Positions 1 to 10,556 of a DNA stretch of 64,000 nt are shown here, in pieces. The first letter of the stretch is position 1. Each line of letters starts with the position of its first letter. The position numbers were made by a program, and so were the translations under genes. Below the pieces are notes generated by a model. The model ran no database searches and was not told the origin of the DNA. It worked only from the letters and a program-made list of their open reading frames with translations. Source of the stretch: Minutocellus sp. GHC0000111 (Eukaryota); contig OZ361259.1 of NCBI GenBank assembly GCA_977018835.1, positions 2,542,001-2,606,000 of the forward strand, read 5' to 3'.

Positions 1-794
1 GTGAGATTGGTTTCCCATGGATGTTCGATGGTCCGACACGTCGGCAGCAGATGATCCATCATCATCCCCAGCAGCGCTCTTCTCCGCAATCAGTCCAGTA
101 GTCGCCACAGTCTCTGCAATGGAGTAATGAGGGACACGATCCAGGATGCTTGCCAGCTCCATCGGCACACACGATCCTTCGGCACGCCACTGCTCCACGG
201 TTTCTCCTGGCTTGTACTTTCCGACGGTGTACAGGAACGACACGGGATTGGAATTGGCATAGGGGCAGGACGCCGATTCCGCAGCTCGCTTGGTAACGAA
301 ACCCACCCCGTCGGACGAGATGCGTTGAATGTTTACTGTGCGGAGGTTCGGTGCCTATAGTGAGTATGTAAAGTGAACAAAGTTCGGTGGGGTGGGTTGA
401 GACTATTGAAGTGAATGGGTAACAAGAAGCAAAAAGAACTCCGCCTTCGTCCAGTGCGTGCATTTTGTTTGTTAGTTCACCTATATGCATACATGTACCA
501 ACCCGGCAATGACGAAAATCATCACCAAGCACCAACCAACCCTAAACTCACGTGACAGTTGGTCTCCCCCGAGGCCGCCAGGGCCATCGTCCAATGGGTC
601 CCCGGCTCACGGTATCCTTGATGATCGCATAAATGACGACGTTCCGATTCCTTGGCCAGCACTTCGAGGGGGTTGGGTCCTGGAGATTTTGCCGAAAGGG
701 CTCGCGTGGCGAGAGATACGACCGCGCTACCGCTGGCGGAGGAGTTGCTCTGGACGCTGCGCTGGATGAGTTGGTTAGCCGCTTTTCGGATCAT
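1..794 (-). CDS. Pyridoxamine 5'-phosphate oxidase-like (FMN-binding split-barrel) protein with probable mitochondrial presequence; 3' end runs off the window. Exons 794..552 and 354..<1
   Basis: Manual splice: GTGAGT donor at 551, CTATAG acceptor ending at 355, phase 0. Spliced product MIRKAANQL...WTMALAASGETNCH/APNLRTVNIQRISSDGVGFVTK...NPVSFLY...EQWRAEG follows the PNPOx pattern (MxLA..P..R.V....GF.F.T...NP...L....Q.R.EG). N-terminus is Arg/Ser/Ala-rich. Confidence 0.65.
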
Positions 795-1070
795 GGTGGC
801 ATAAGATATCGATAGTTGTGTTCCTATTTTGTGAAAATGCGATCTGATGAGCATCCATCCAGGAGGGATCTGATAGGTTGGATATTTTACGAACCTCGTA
901 TCTACGTACGCTTTGGGTGGTTTTGGGGTCATGGGTCATGCCGGAAAATAAAAAATGCGCCAACCTCACGCTCGCCACGGTCGACCTCATTTGCAACAAG
1001 TAAGTGGGTGGCCGGCCAACCTAACACAAGGCCGGTGCTCTACTACGTGTAGTAGATACATAGCTAAGAG

Positions 1071-4000
1071 ATGAACAGTGGTAACAATCGACCAGTCTCG
1101 ATGTCGAGTGCATCAAGTGCAGCTGATGTTTCCTCTGCACCCAGCGACCAGCAAAGCAGCACGAGCACAAACGCTGGTAAGAAACGGTCCCATCCAGGTG
1201 ACTCACCACCTCGACCAGCCAAGGAGGCAACTTCCAGCAATAACAACAGCGCAGCAACAGATGCAACGTTGGTAGTTCAGACCCCGCACACCCTCCGTCT
1301 CCTCCGCCTTGCCGTATCGGGCACGGCCGAGCACTCCCGCCGGGCACGAGCGCTGCTTTCGGACCTGTCCCGCCGCTCGTCGCCCGACGTGCTTTGGGAT
1401 TTGCTCGGTCGGCTCGTCGTTGGCAGCAGCAGCCAACATAGCGGTAGCAGCCATGGCAAAAGTAGTGGCAAGGTAGACATTCGGTCGGGGCTGTACTCGT
1501 CCAAGTGGTCCGAGAGGGAGAATGCCGCCGCGACCATTGGGACCATCGCGGCCAATCTGCCGGGGGTGGATCGACGGGGGTTTCTGTCTGTCTCCCATGA
1601 GCATGATGGCGATGGTGGTGGTGATGATGATGGTGATGGCAATGGCGATGGTAGTGAGAATACCAAGGGTTTATGGCTGAAGGTGAATGATTTGTTAGAT
1701 TCGGCCAACGACAATCGTAGTGATGATGGCGATATCGATAATGACGCCCATGCAAAAGTCAACAAGCTCGATACGATATTGGAGCAGGGTCGCTTGCTCC
1801 TGTCCTCATCTGAAGATGCTTACTCCACCAGAAATCAAGATGAGGAGGACGATGAGCAGGCATTGCGTGACCTTGATGAGTCGGCAATCTCTAGCAAAAG
1901 TTCCCGCAACAAGAATGCGAAAACCTTCCTCAAGAGGCGCGTACGTTTGCAAAGGCAGATATTGGCGAGAAGGCTGGGTTTGGGGGGGATATTGTCTGCA
2001 CCAGTGATGGCTGGTAGCAGCGATGACCAAGGTCAGAGCAATGTGCTGGAAGATATGGTGGACGATGCTGACCTATTGCCATCCAAGGCGCAGAGTGGAT
2101 GTGGTGAGGAAGATGCCAACGCCGAGGATCACGCTGACGTTGATGCCTCAACTCTGGCGAGAAGAAAAAATATGGAACGTCGTGGCAAAAAGAGGAGGCG
2201 CCGCTCTGCTGACAACGACAGTAATGAGGGCGAAGATGAAGGTGGGGTGACCTTACGAGCTCTCTTGGTCCTGGAAATGCGACGAAGTGGTGGTGAAAAT
2301 GGTGCCAATACGTCCTCCTCGGCACAATCGCACCGCAATCCACAGACGCTTTTGGCGACCGACTTGCTGTACAGAACATTCGCTGCCGATTGGACTGTCC
2401 GACACGGTGCCTTGATGGCCATGTTGGCACTCATGAAATCGTGGATTGTGAGTTTGAGCGATGGGATGGGAAATTCCAAGTTGGGGGAACTGGAATGCTT
2501 TGGGAGTTGGCCACACGATATCTTGACTCGGTGCCTATGCATCCTTGCACTAGATAGATTTGGTGACTACTCTGGGTCAACATTGGAGAGGATGTTTTCT
2601 GGGGGAGGTGGCGATCGAGTCGTAGCACCGGTTAGAGAAACTGCGGCTCAGCTTTTGTCCTTGCTCTTGTCGATAGCGCCAGTATCAATGCAAAAGTCGT
2701 GTTTTCTTGTTTTGGGGAGACTAGTGAAACATGAATATGACTGGGAGGTTCGGCATGGCGCCATGCTAGCCTTCAAATATATTGTTACGCTTAGGTCGGG
2801 GGTGACTGCATTGACCGATTTGGAATCAGGTCCGGGTACTCTTGACTGTAGCTGTTGGGATGGTGTCGCTTCTCTTGCAGTGGACGGCCTCTCTGATGAA
2901 GGCGACGATGTCCGTGGAGCCTCTGCCCAGGTCCTCGCGTGCTACTTCAGAAATGAAAATGATGAAAATAAAGAGCCTTCATCAGACCTTCGTGGCATTA
3001 CTGGGACATGCGCCGGTCCTTTGTGGTCGGCTCTGCTCCAAGTACGCCCAGTATCATCCTGTGCGGTCGACATTCTCGCAATATTTGCACTTGTTATGAG
3101 ATACAATTGCGATCTTGTCCTTGAGACCGTGAAATCAAAGCAGGCCGGTGGAAGTGCTACGCACGTATCATTTGGATCTACCATTCGAAAGATGGTTGAA
3201 TTTCTAGACTTCGACGACGACGCGGTGAAAGCGTCTTCCCTTCGCGTAGTCGGTATGATTATCAAACCCATGATGATGAGGTCAATATCACATGCAAAAA
3301 TTGAGGGCGAAGAGTCACTTGCGTCAGTTACAAGAGCATTTTGCGACCTTCTGACTTTTATGTTTAACGCCTACTTTGATCTTGACATTTCTCGTGAAGA
3401 TGCCACAGAACAAGAGGGGAGAAACATCGCGGTATCAGCGAAAAATGAAGCGTGGACAAAGGTCGTTGGCGCTATTTCTCCTCTCCTTGGGCATGACAAG
3501 TGCCGGGCGATGCTTTTCCAGATGCTCTCATCCATCATCCTTAGATTTGTTGGAATCGAAAAGATTAATGGTACTACTCCTATTCTACGTCGTGTTGTTG
3601 GTTCTCTAGGCAGTCTGGACGAGCGTCGGGCTGTTCTGTTTCAATGCCAAAAGGATGCTGCCAGGGGTCTCGCTTTACTTCTTATTGAGTTCGACTTGAT
3701 ATCGCCCGGGGAGGAGGATGCATCAAGTCCTGGAGATCTGTTTTTGAATGGTCTGCTACAGGCTCTCAGCAAATCTCCGTGGCCATCAATCTGTGAGTCA
3801 GCGTGTGTCCTATATGGAGCATTAAGTGAAGCCTATTTGGGTAAAGACGGCCCGACAAATTGTGAATTGGTGAAAGGCAGTTTTTTTTTTACTTCTATGC
3901 TTGTCGACGTCCCTCCGTGCTTATCTTTGACTGGGCAAGCCTCGGCATTCCTTCGCGACCCAAGCGTCATCAACGCCTGCGATCAAATTTTGATCTCAAT

Positions 4001-7000
4001 GGTTGAAGATCACACGTCTGCACTTGCAGAGATCAATACCGTCAAGTCCGACGAGGATCGCCGTGTCTCTGCCGACGAGGTGGTGAATATATGGCAAGGA
4101 GTTATCCGTGCAAAGGGTGCAGTTTTGCACCCCGACGGAGCAAGCTCCAAACCTTCAGTAACGACAACTTCGATGCGACTTTCGTCCTCGATTGCTGGAG
4201 CTGCAATCTCGTGGGGATTGAAAGATCTTCCAATCAAGCTGACTCCTATAATCCGACCTCTCATGACTTCACTGAAGAACGAAGAAGCGTCGAATCGACT
4301 CGACTGGACAGGTTGCTGCCTCGCCCGCCTCCTGAGTTTGCGTTCGTCTGGGGATTCGCCGCAAGTACCTACCAATGTGCGAGACAAGGTGTTGACGAAT
4401 GTTTGTTCGGTTGCTCTTGCTGATGCTAGCAATGATTCGCCACCCTCGGCCAGTGTTACAGCAGGAAAGAAGATTTTGCAGAAAATATCGAGAGATCTCG
4501 ATAACGACATTGACTGTATTGTACCCTTCAGCTTGATCTTGTCGCCAATCAAGCAAGGTGACATCGAAGAAGAATCTGAATCTACACTGTTACGGTCCCT
4601 CGGCCTTCTAGCATTGGTCTCTCAGTCATTGAAAAGTGAGTCGCAAGCTTATGGTCAAATTATCAACGAGATGTTGCGGAATGTAGTAAATTTTGCTTGT
4701 TCTCATCCATTGAAACGCATCAGAGAGAAGGCAGTAAGTGTTGCCTGCGCCGTGTGTAAATCTGACCCCTCGAGGGCTCTGCAGAAAGTTGTCCCGGCCC
4801 TTTTGAAGCACCTCAAGTGCATTGAAAACGATAAAGAGCGCCTATGTGCTTGCTGCCTGTTACACGATATCCTCGATACTGCCGGTACGATGATATGTCC
4901 CTTCGTTCGTTGTCTCCTACCGACTGCAATGTCGCTCATGACCGATCCTTCGGAGGAATGTGCCTCGTTGGCCGCTAGCTCGTTCGCTGCACTTGTTCGA
5001 GTGTCTCCATTGGTTGAAAAGCGACGAGATGTAAATCCAGGAAACGCCGATCCCTCGGAATTAGAGAGAGATTCCAACAAGGTCATCGATCACTTGATTC
5101 ATGGTGAGCCGTTGCCTCCGTTGAGCCTTCCAAGTTCAATCCAGGCTTGTATGGATAAATCGCAGACGACATTGCGTGGGTATCAAAAGGAAGGAATTTC
5201 TTGGCTGCATTTCTTGCAGTCCGTTAACCTCAATGGAGCACTATGTGACGACATGGGAGTGGGTAAGAGTCTTCAGGCGTTGGTTGGTATTGCTTTGGCC
5301 CACTCGAACGCCGTTGGCAATGTTGACGGTGCCTTAAAGTCCCTTGTTGTGTGTCCCTCCACCGTTGTGGGCCACTGGATGAAAGAAGCTGAAAAGTTCT
5401 TTCCTCTTGTTGAGCATATTTTCAAGCCGCTCATGTACACGGGCTCGGCGAAAGCCAGAAAGGCCATGTTGGAAGAAAAGTTTAAGGAATGCAACCTTGT
5501 TGTTACCAGCTACTCCGTCCTTCGCAACGACATTGATGCCCTGTCGTCCATTTCGTGGGTCTATTGCGTCCTTGACGAAGGCCACCTATTGAAGAATCCT
5601 GGTTCCGCTACAGCCAGAGCATCTCGTCTCATCAAATCGCGGCATAAACTCATCTTGTCAGGCACTCCAGTGCAGAACCACGTCAACGAGCTGTGGGCCG
5701 TCTTTGATTTCCTCATGCCCAACTTCTTGGGGTCGGAGGCAGTATTTACCAAGTCATTTGCCAAGCCCATCATCAATGGCCAATCTAGTGGGGCATCGCC
5801 CTCGGCGATCGGTACCAGCATCAATAAGCTCAAGCTACTCCACCAGACTGTCCTTCCTTTCATATTACGCCGGGAGAAGCAAGATGTGATGAAGGAGCTG
5901 CCTCCAAAGGTTATGTCGGACATTCCTTGCGTACTGAGCTCTGTGCAAGCGACAATGTACCAGCAATTTATTGAAAGCTCGGAGGCCAAGCATGCCTTGG
6001 CCGCACTACAGCGAAGCATAGAGGCAGCTCACCAAAATGGCGGTGGTGGGTCAAACAGTGGTGTGGACATTGACCAAGAACAATCCATGGGAAGGGATGT
6101 ATTAAAGTCACTCCTTTATCTCCGACTTCTCTGTACCCACCCAATTCTTGTCGTAAAGCGAGCCGAAGATGGTAACGACGGTGAAGACGACGAGAGAGAG
6201 GATATCGCCGAGCAGCTTTCGCGTCTCGATTCTTCGGGGAAGCTCATGGCCCTCAAGGATCTGCTACAGAGCGCATCGATTTGCTCAGATGGTCTGACGG
6301 CCGCTGACAACGACCAGTCTACCCTCTACGCAAAAAGGGTAATACCAGACTATACTGATTTGTCGAGTGGTGATTTCACCCAATCAAATGAAGATCTTAG
6401 TGATGACCTGAACGGCGAAGAAGGAAGTAGCACTATGGCGGGTAAGGACCAACTCACATCCAAGTGTCTGATATTTGCCCAATTCACGGAAAGTCTTGAC
6501 ATTGTTGAGGAATATCTTTTTGCCCCGCATATGCCTTCCTTGCGTTATCTTCGAATCGATGGGCAAGTGCCACTGGAGGAACGAACCAAGAGGGTAGATC
6601 GCTTCAACTCCGATGAAAGCATTCAAGTGATGCTTCTGACTACTCGGGTTGGTGGCCTCGGCCTTAATCTGACGGGCGCCGACACCGTCGTATTCTTAGA
6701 AAGCGACTGGAATCCTTTCTCCGACCTTCAAGCCATGGACCGAGCCCATAGAATCGGTCAAACCAAAACAGTCAATGTCTACCGTCTGATATGTTCCGAT
6801 ACCATCGAAGAGAAAATCATGAGGCTCCAATCGATCAAAATGGAAATGAGCAAAGCCATTGTGAAATCCGACAACTCTACAATGTACAGCATGGGAACAG
6901 ATCGATTGCTGGACTTGTTCACCTTTGAAGACCGACAGGTAAATAATGGGAATGGACGGAAAACTACCGAGGCATCGAAAGCAGAAGGCGCAAATATTTT

Positions 7001-7085
7001 AGACGTTGTGTCGTCACAAGAGGATGAGTATCTGTCTCTTTCAACGGAGCGCTTTCTACGGGATTTGCTCCCTCAAAAAGGATGA
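1071..7085 (+). CDS. BTAF1: TATA-binding protein-associated factor 172 (Mot1/BTAF1), HEAT repeats + SNF2 helicase
   Basis: Intronless 2004-aa ORF. Mot1-specific motifs: WTVRHGA, CILALDRFGDY, VAPVRETAAQ, WEVRHGAML, KLTPIIRPLM. SNF2 motifs: LRGYQKEG, LCDDMGVGKS, LDEGH, LSGTPVQN, LTTRVGGLGLNLTGAD, DWNPFSDLQAMDRAHRIGQ. Confidence 0.96.
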   Translation: MNSGNNRPVSMSSASSAADVSSAPSDQQSSTSTNAGKKRSHPGDSPPRPAKEATSSNNNSAATDATLVVQTPHTLRLLRLAVSGTAEHSRRARALLSDLSRRSSPDVLWDLLGRLVVGSSSQHSGSSHGKSSGKVDIRSGLYSSKWSERENAAATIGTIAANLPGVDRRGFLSVSHEHDGDGGGDDDGDGNGDGSENTKGLWLKVNDLLDSANDNRSDDGDIDNDAHAKVNKLDTILEQGRLLLSSSEDAYSTRNQDEEDDEQALRDLDESAISSKSSRNKNAKTFLKRRVRLQRQILARRLGLGGILSAPVMAGSSDDQGQSNVLEDMVDDADLLPSKAQSGCGEEDANAEDHADVDASTLARRKNMERRGKKRRRRSADNDSNEGEDEGGVTLRALLVLEMRRSGGENGANTSSSAQSHRNPQTLLATDLLYRTFAADWTVRHGALMAMLALMKSWIVSLSDGMGNSKLGELECFGSWPHDILTRCLCILALDRFGDYSGSTLERMFSGGGGDRVVAPVRETAAQLLSLLLSIAPVSMQKSCFLVLGRLVKHEYDWEVRHGAMLAFKYIVTLRSGVTALTDLESGPGTLDCSCWDGVASLAVDGLSDEGDDVRGASAQVLACYFRNENDENKEPSSDLRGITGTCAGPLWSALLQVRPVSSCAVDILAIFALVMRYNCDLVLETVKSKQAGGSATHVSFGSTIRKMVEFLDFDDDAVKASSLRVVGMIIKPMMMRSISHAKIEGEESLASVTRAFCDLLTFMFNAYFDLDISREDATEQEGRNIAVSAKNEAWTKVVGAISPLLGHDKCRAMLFQMLSSIILRFVGIEKINGTTPILRRVVGSLGSLDERRAVLFQCQKDAARGLALLLIEFDLISPGEEDASSPGDLFLNGLLQALSKSPWPSICESACVLYGALSEAYLGKDGPTNCELVKGSFFFTSMLVDVPPCLSLTGQASAFLRDPSVINACDQILISMVEDHTSALAEINTVKSDEDRRVSADEVVNIWQGVIRAKGAVLHPDGASSKPSVTTTSMRLSSSIAGAAISWGLKDLPIKLTPIIRPLMTSLKNEEASNRLDWTGCCLARLLSLRSSGDSPQVPTNVRDKVLTNVCSVALADASNDSPPSASVTAGKKILQKISRDLDNDIDCIVPFSLILSPIKQGDIEEESESTLLRSLGLLALVSQSLKSESQAYGQIINEMLRNVVNFACSHPLKRIREKAVSVACAVCKSDPSRALQKVVPALLKHLKCIENDKERLCACCLLHDILDTAGTMICPFVRCLLPTAMSLMTDPSEECASLAASSFAALVRVSPLVEKRRDVNPGNADPSELERDSNKVIDHLIHGEPLPPLSLPSSIQACMDKSQTTLRGYQKEGISWLHFLQSVNLNGALCDDMGVGKSLQALVGIALAHSNAVGNVDGALKSLVVCPSTVVGHWMKEAEKFFPLVEHIFKPLMYTGSAKARKAMLEEKFKECNLVVTSYSVLRNDIDALSSISWVYCVLDEGHLLKNPGSATARASRLIKSRHKLILSGTPVQNHVNELWAVFDFLMPNFLGSEAVFTKSFAKPIINGQSSGASPSAIGTSINKLKLLHQTVLPFILRREKQDVMKELPPKVMSDIPCVLSSVQATMYQQFIESSEAKHALAALQRSIEAAHQNGGGGSNSGVDIDQEQSMGRDVLKSLLYLRLLCTHPILVVKRAEDGNDGEDDEREDIAEQLSRLDSSGKLMALKDLLQSASICSDGLTAADNDQSTLYAKRVIPDYTDLSSGDFTQSNEDLSDDLNGEEGSSTMAGKDQLTSKCLIFAQFTESLDIVEEYLFAPHMPSLRYLRIDGQVPLEERTKRVDRFNSDESIQVMLLTTRVGGLGLNLTGADTVVFLESDWNPFSDLQAMDRAHRIGQTKTVNVYRLICSDTIEEKIMRLQSIKMEMSKAIVKSDNSTMYSMGTDRLLDLFTFEDRQVNNGNGRKTTEASKAEGANILDVVSSQEDEYLSLSTERFLRDLLPQKG

Positions 7086-7216
7086 ATGTGTAAATGGATT
7101 GAAAGGAGCAGTTACTTTATCTTGCGTGTCTACCATGGTACGAGTTCATGGTACGAGTTCAATTAAATCACGACATCCCCAGCCGAGTCCTCAAGTATAT
7201 CCACCCACTATCTGAT

Positions 7217-8770
7217 CTATTCCTCCGATCCCACCACCGACGTGCCCTCGATGCCACCGAGAGGTGGCAAATTGCTCGTCACCATCTCCAAAATTCTTCT
7301 TTTGATCTCAGGGTTGCCTTCGATCTTTCCCACTTGCGCCTTGTTGATGGAGCACTCAACGGCATTCATATCGCTCATGAGAACAGCCTTGGCCTTCTTC
7401 TCCTCCTCAATCTGTTTCTTGAGCAGAGTCGAATTCTGCTTCTTCAGCTGAGCCCGGCGAGCTTGCTTCTCCCTTTCTTCCTCGAGCAGAGCCTCGGCCT
7501 CTTGGCGGCACTTGGCGGCGTACTTCTCCTCCTCTCGCTCAATTTCCAACAAAGCTAATTTTTTGCTTTCGGTCATCTGTCGATTGGTCTCGATAATACT
7601 CTCCTGACGCTTCTTCTGCATCTCCTTCTTGCGTCGTTCCACGTCCCGCTCCCGCTGCTCTCGAGCCTCCATCTCTCTCAAGACAACACGCTCCTCTTCG
7701 ATTCGTTTGTCTTCGCCCTGCTGATACTGCTCGGCCTCTTTCAACTTTTGGACGAATTCCTCGTTGCGTTTGAGTCTATCGGCGAGCGCCTGAGCTCGAG
7801 CCGCCTCCTCGGCATCCAATCGAGCCTTCATCTCAGCCATTAGTTTGGCATCGAGCGCGGCCTCTTCCTCCTTTAGGCGCTCACGATATTGCAACTTTAT
7901 CTCATTTTCTGCCCTGATCTTCTCCCACGCTAGTTTCTCGGCCTCCTTGGCTCGTCGTTGCTTGTCCTCTTCCAGCTGCAGCTTATATTTCATCTCGTCA
8001 ATCTCCTGTCGCTCGCGAGCTCGGCAAAGCTCTTGTTCCAACCGCTTGCGCTCTTGCTGCTCGGAAATCTGACTTTTGATATTCTCGGCAGCCTTCTTCA
8101 TGGCCTCTTCCTCTCGCTGCCGTTGCAACTCTGCCCGAACACGCCATTCCTCTATTTCGCACTTTTGGGCAGTGACAAATGCCTCGTCCTCTTTTCGCTT
8201 GGAATCCTCGGCAAGCTGCTTTAGTCGCACCTGTTCATTGAGATTCTTGGCCATAGTGTCACGCTTTTCTTGACGGAATTGGCTCGCAGCCTTGTCGGCA
8301 AACTCGCCTTCAACTGATTTGGCCAGTGACATCTTAACCCATGGATTGATTTCTGCCCACTTGGCTTCGTCGAATTCGGCTTCCTTGGCAACAGTGTTGC
8401 CAGCGTTGCTATCGAGGGCACTCGAATCATCACAGCATAGGAGGGATGCTACGCTTTCTGCATGCGCAGAAGATGTGGCACTGACAGCTCTCTTCTTTTC
8501 CTGGACGAAATCTCCAAGAGTTGCAGAGATGCGTTCGACGACAACGTCGAGTTTGCGAAGGTCTGTCCAGGCATCTACAAAAGATGGGTTTGAGTCGAGG
8601 TAAGCTGTGATAGCGCGTGAAAGCGTAGCATTGGAGTATGCCTTCTTGTGCTTTTGTTGCAGCCTCTGGAACAGGTGAGCTCCTAGCTTGCTTCGTTTTG
8701 CCCTGTGTTCCTCCCGGGCAGCAATCTCTGCCGCCTTGGCGCGGTCGCAGGAGGTAGCAGAGATCTTCAT
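7217..8770 (-). CDS. Long E/R/K/Q-rich coiled-coil protein, trichohyalin-plectin-homology-like, possible axonemal protein
   Basis: Open frame from ATG 8770 (MKISATS...). About 350 aa of charged heptad sequence ending in a MSDMNAVECSINK motif similar to the C-termini of ciliary coiled-coil proteins. Family assignment is by composition only. Confidence 0.55.
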   Translation of the reverse strand: MKISATSCDRAKAAEIAAREEHRAKRSKLGAHLFQRLQQKHKKAYSNATLSRAITAYLDSNPSFVDAWTDLRKLDVVVERISATLGDFVQEKKRAVSATSSAHAESVASLLCCDDSSALDSNAGNTVAKEAEFDEAKWAEINPWVKMSLAKSVEGEFADKAASQFRQEKRDTMAKNLNEQVRLKQLAEDSKRKEDEAFVTAQKCEIEEWRVRAELQRQREEEAMKKAAENIKSQISEQQERKRLEQELCRARERQEIDEMKYKLQLEEDKQRRAKEAEKLAWEKIRAENEIKLQYRERLKEEEAALDAKLMAEMKARLDAEEAARAQALADRLKRNEEFVQKLKEAEQYQQGEDKRIEEERVVLREMEAREQRERDVERRKKEMQKKRQESIIETNRQMTESKKLALLEIEREEEKYAAKCRQEAEALLEEEREKQARRAQLKKQNSTLLKKQIEEEKKAKAVLMSDMNAVECSINKAQVGKIEGNPEIKRRILEMVTSNLPPLGGIEGTSVVGSEE

Positions 8771-9074
8771 TGGAAGAAAGAGTGGCGTAAAGATAAAGTG
8801 ATCCAGAGCGGGTGGGGGAGTCAGATAATTGTAGAAACTGTACGATTGCAAATATGTCGAATTCGTAAAAATGATATCATTAGCGGGCAATTTGATTTAA
8901 CTTAGACCTACTAGACTAGTACGATAGTAATGTGAAGTAGGCGGACCGTGCCTTAGCTGCATCGGTATGGGAATATCACTGTGCAGTTTGTGAGGATCAA
9001 AGATAGGACGAAATTTCAGTACATGTACCGCAGCAGAGGCATCGCATGATATTTCGGAAGATTGTCAAGCTCAC

Positions 9075-10288
9075 TTAGTTGCCCTCGGAGGATGAGCCCT
9101 TCTTCATCTCCCTCACTTTTTCCTTCAGCTCCACGAGCCCCTTGCAATCCTCACGATGGTCATCTTTCTTGCGATTCCAGTGCATCTTCTGGCATTCGCG
9201 GCTGCAGTAGCAGTAAGCACGGCAACCACGGCAAAACTTGCGAGCTTTGCCCTGAAATTCGACACCGCATCCACCACAAGTGTCTCTCAAAGACCGTAGC
9301 CGGCGTTGGAGCTGGACCAGCAGTTGTACGCGTTGAAATCGAGAGCTATCGAGACCTAGACCCATCTTTCTTGCAATGCGTCCCCAGGCCTTGGCCTGGA
9401 CAAACTTCCCGAGTTCAAGACAGCATTGCAGTGCGCCAAAGGCGTAGATCGGTCTATTGTCTGCTGGTGACGTTGTGTCCAATGCAGTTGATACAAAAAG
9501 TGGCAGAGCCAAGGCCCGATCCCCCTCAAGAATATGGATGCTTGCCAATACCGCTCTCGCATTGCTCGAGTCTACTAGAAGGGGGAAGAGTATCGACTTG
9601 GCTGTTTCGATCGAATTTTCGTGAAAGTGTTGTAATGCAACTTGAACGAGAGCGTCTCTGCAGACCATTGTACAATCTTCGTCAATGGTCGTTCTGAGGG
9701 CAGTATCGAAATCCTTACGTGCGAGGACAAGATCGACCGGCGACCCTGAAGTCCCTTCGAGGTAGGCCATTCCGGAGAACATGCAACCGTGCGGGTGCCC
9801 CTGTCGACCGGCAAGCCGGTACCAGTGTAAAGCCACGCACGGCGATTCCTTCACACCGTACCCGCCTTCTGAATACAGTCTTGCAAGGTATGCTTGGGCC
9901 CAGGGGCGACCTCTCTTGGAGTGTTTTTGCAGGCGCTTTGCTGTCAATGACCACGTGGACTCAAAGGTGGCATTGCAGAAATCACACGATTCTGCACTGA
10001 TTGCGTCCAGATGCTTATTGCATCCCTCACAACGCTGTTTGCCACAACACTCAATCGGAAATTGGTACGAGTCGTCTCTAAAGTCCAATTCAATGTTGCA
10101 TCTGCGTAATTGGAGGGGGTTTAAGAGGATAGGAGGGAAGTCTGCAGTGAGAATCAGAGAGTTGGAGAAAAAGGCACATGCGTGGCTGTGCGATCGTACC
10201 AGGAGATCCTGAATCATTCTCACCTAGCACACCGAGACGGATCTTCGTTGGTATTGATAATATTCTTCAGCAAGTGCGCAGAGGTCAT
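9075..10288 (-). CDS. Cys-rich (RING-like) + Sel1 repeat + C-terminal MYND zinc-finger protein. Exons 10288..10224 and 10101..9075
   Basis: First exon MTSAHLLKNIINTNEDPSRCAR joins CNIELD across a GT..AG intron at 10223..10102. Sel1 motif WAQAYLARLY..GG.GV....ALHWYRLAGRQGHP. MYND motif CGGC...KFCRGCRAYCYCSRECQKMHW..HREDC. Confidence 0.88.
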
Positions 10289-10449
10289 TGAGTCGGCTAT
10301 AATAGTCAACAGTGAGAGCGTTTTGAATTGAGGCCAGGAGCCCCTGGTGCGGTGAGGCTTTCAAAACTTTCAAAACGCATCATCTGAAGCAAATCCTCAT
10401 TACGTCGTTCAAAATCATCGGATCACTCAGAAATTCTGCTGGCTCGAAG

Positions 10450-10530
10450 GACGACGAGAGAGAAGATATCGCCGAGCAGCTTTCGCGCCTCGATTCTTCG
10501 GGGAAGCTCATGGCCCTCAAGGATATGCTA
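10450..10530 (+). repeat. 81-bp dispersed copy of MOT1 coding sequence 6186..6266
   Basis: gacgacgagagagaagatatcgccgagcagctttcgcgcctcgattcttcggggaagctcatggccctcaaggatatgcta matches 6186..6266 with 3 substitutions. Confidence 0.95.
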
Positions 10531-10556
10531 TCAATAGATCACCGAGTCCGTTGACA

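Noticed and set aside
1021..1755. His-rich minus-strand ORF
   Set aside because: The poly-His arises from GAT/GGT repeats encoding the Asp/Gly linker of MOT1 on the other strand.
7134..7161. Short tandem duplication catggtacgagtt x2 (similar micro-duplications near 10359 and 60308)
   Set aside because: Isolated two-copy micro-duplications in spacers, with no array, spacer structure or associated element. Not CRISPR-like.
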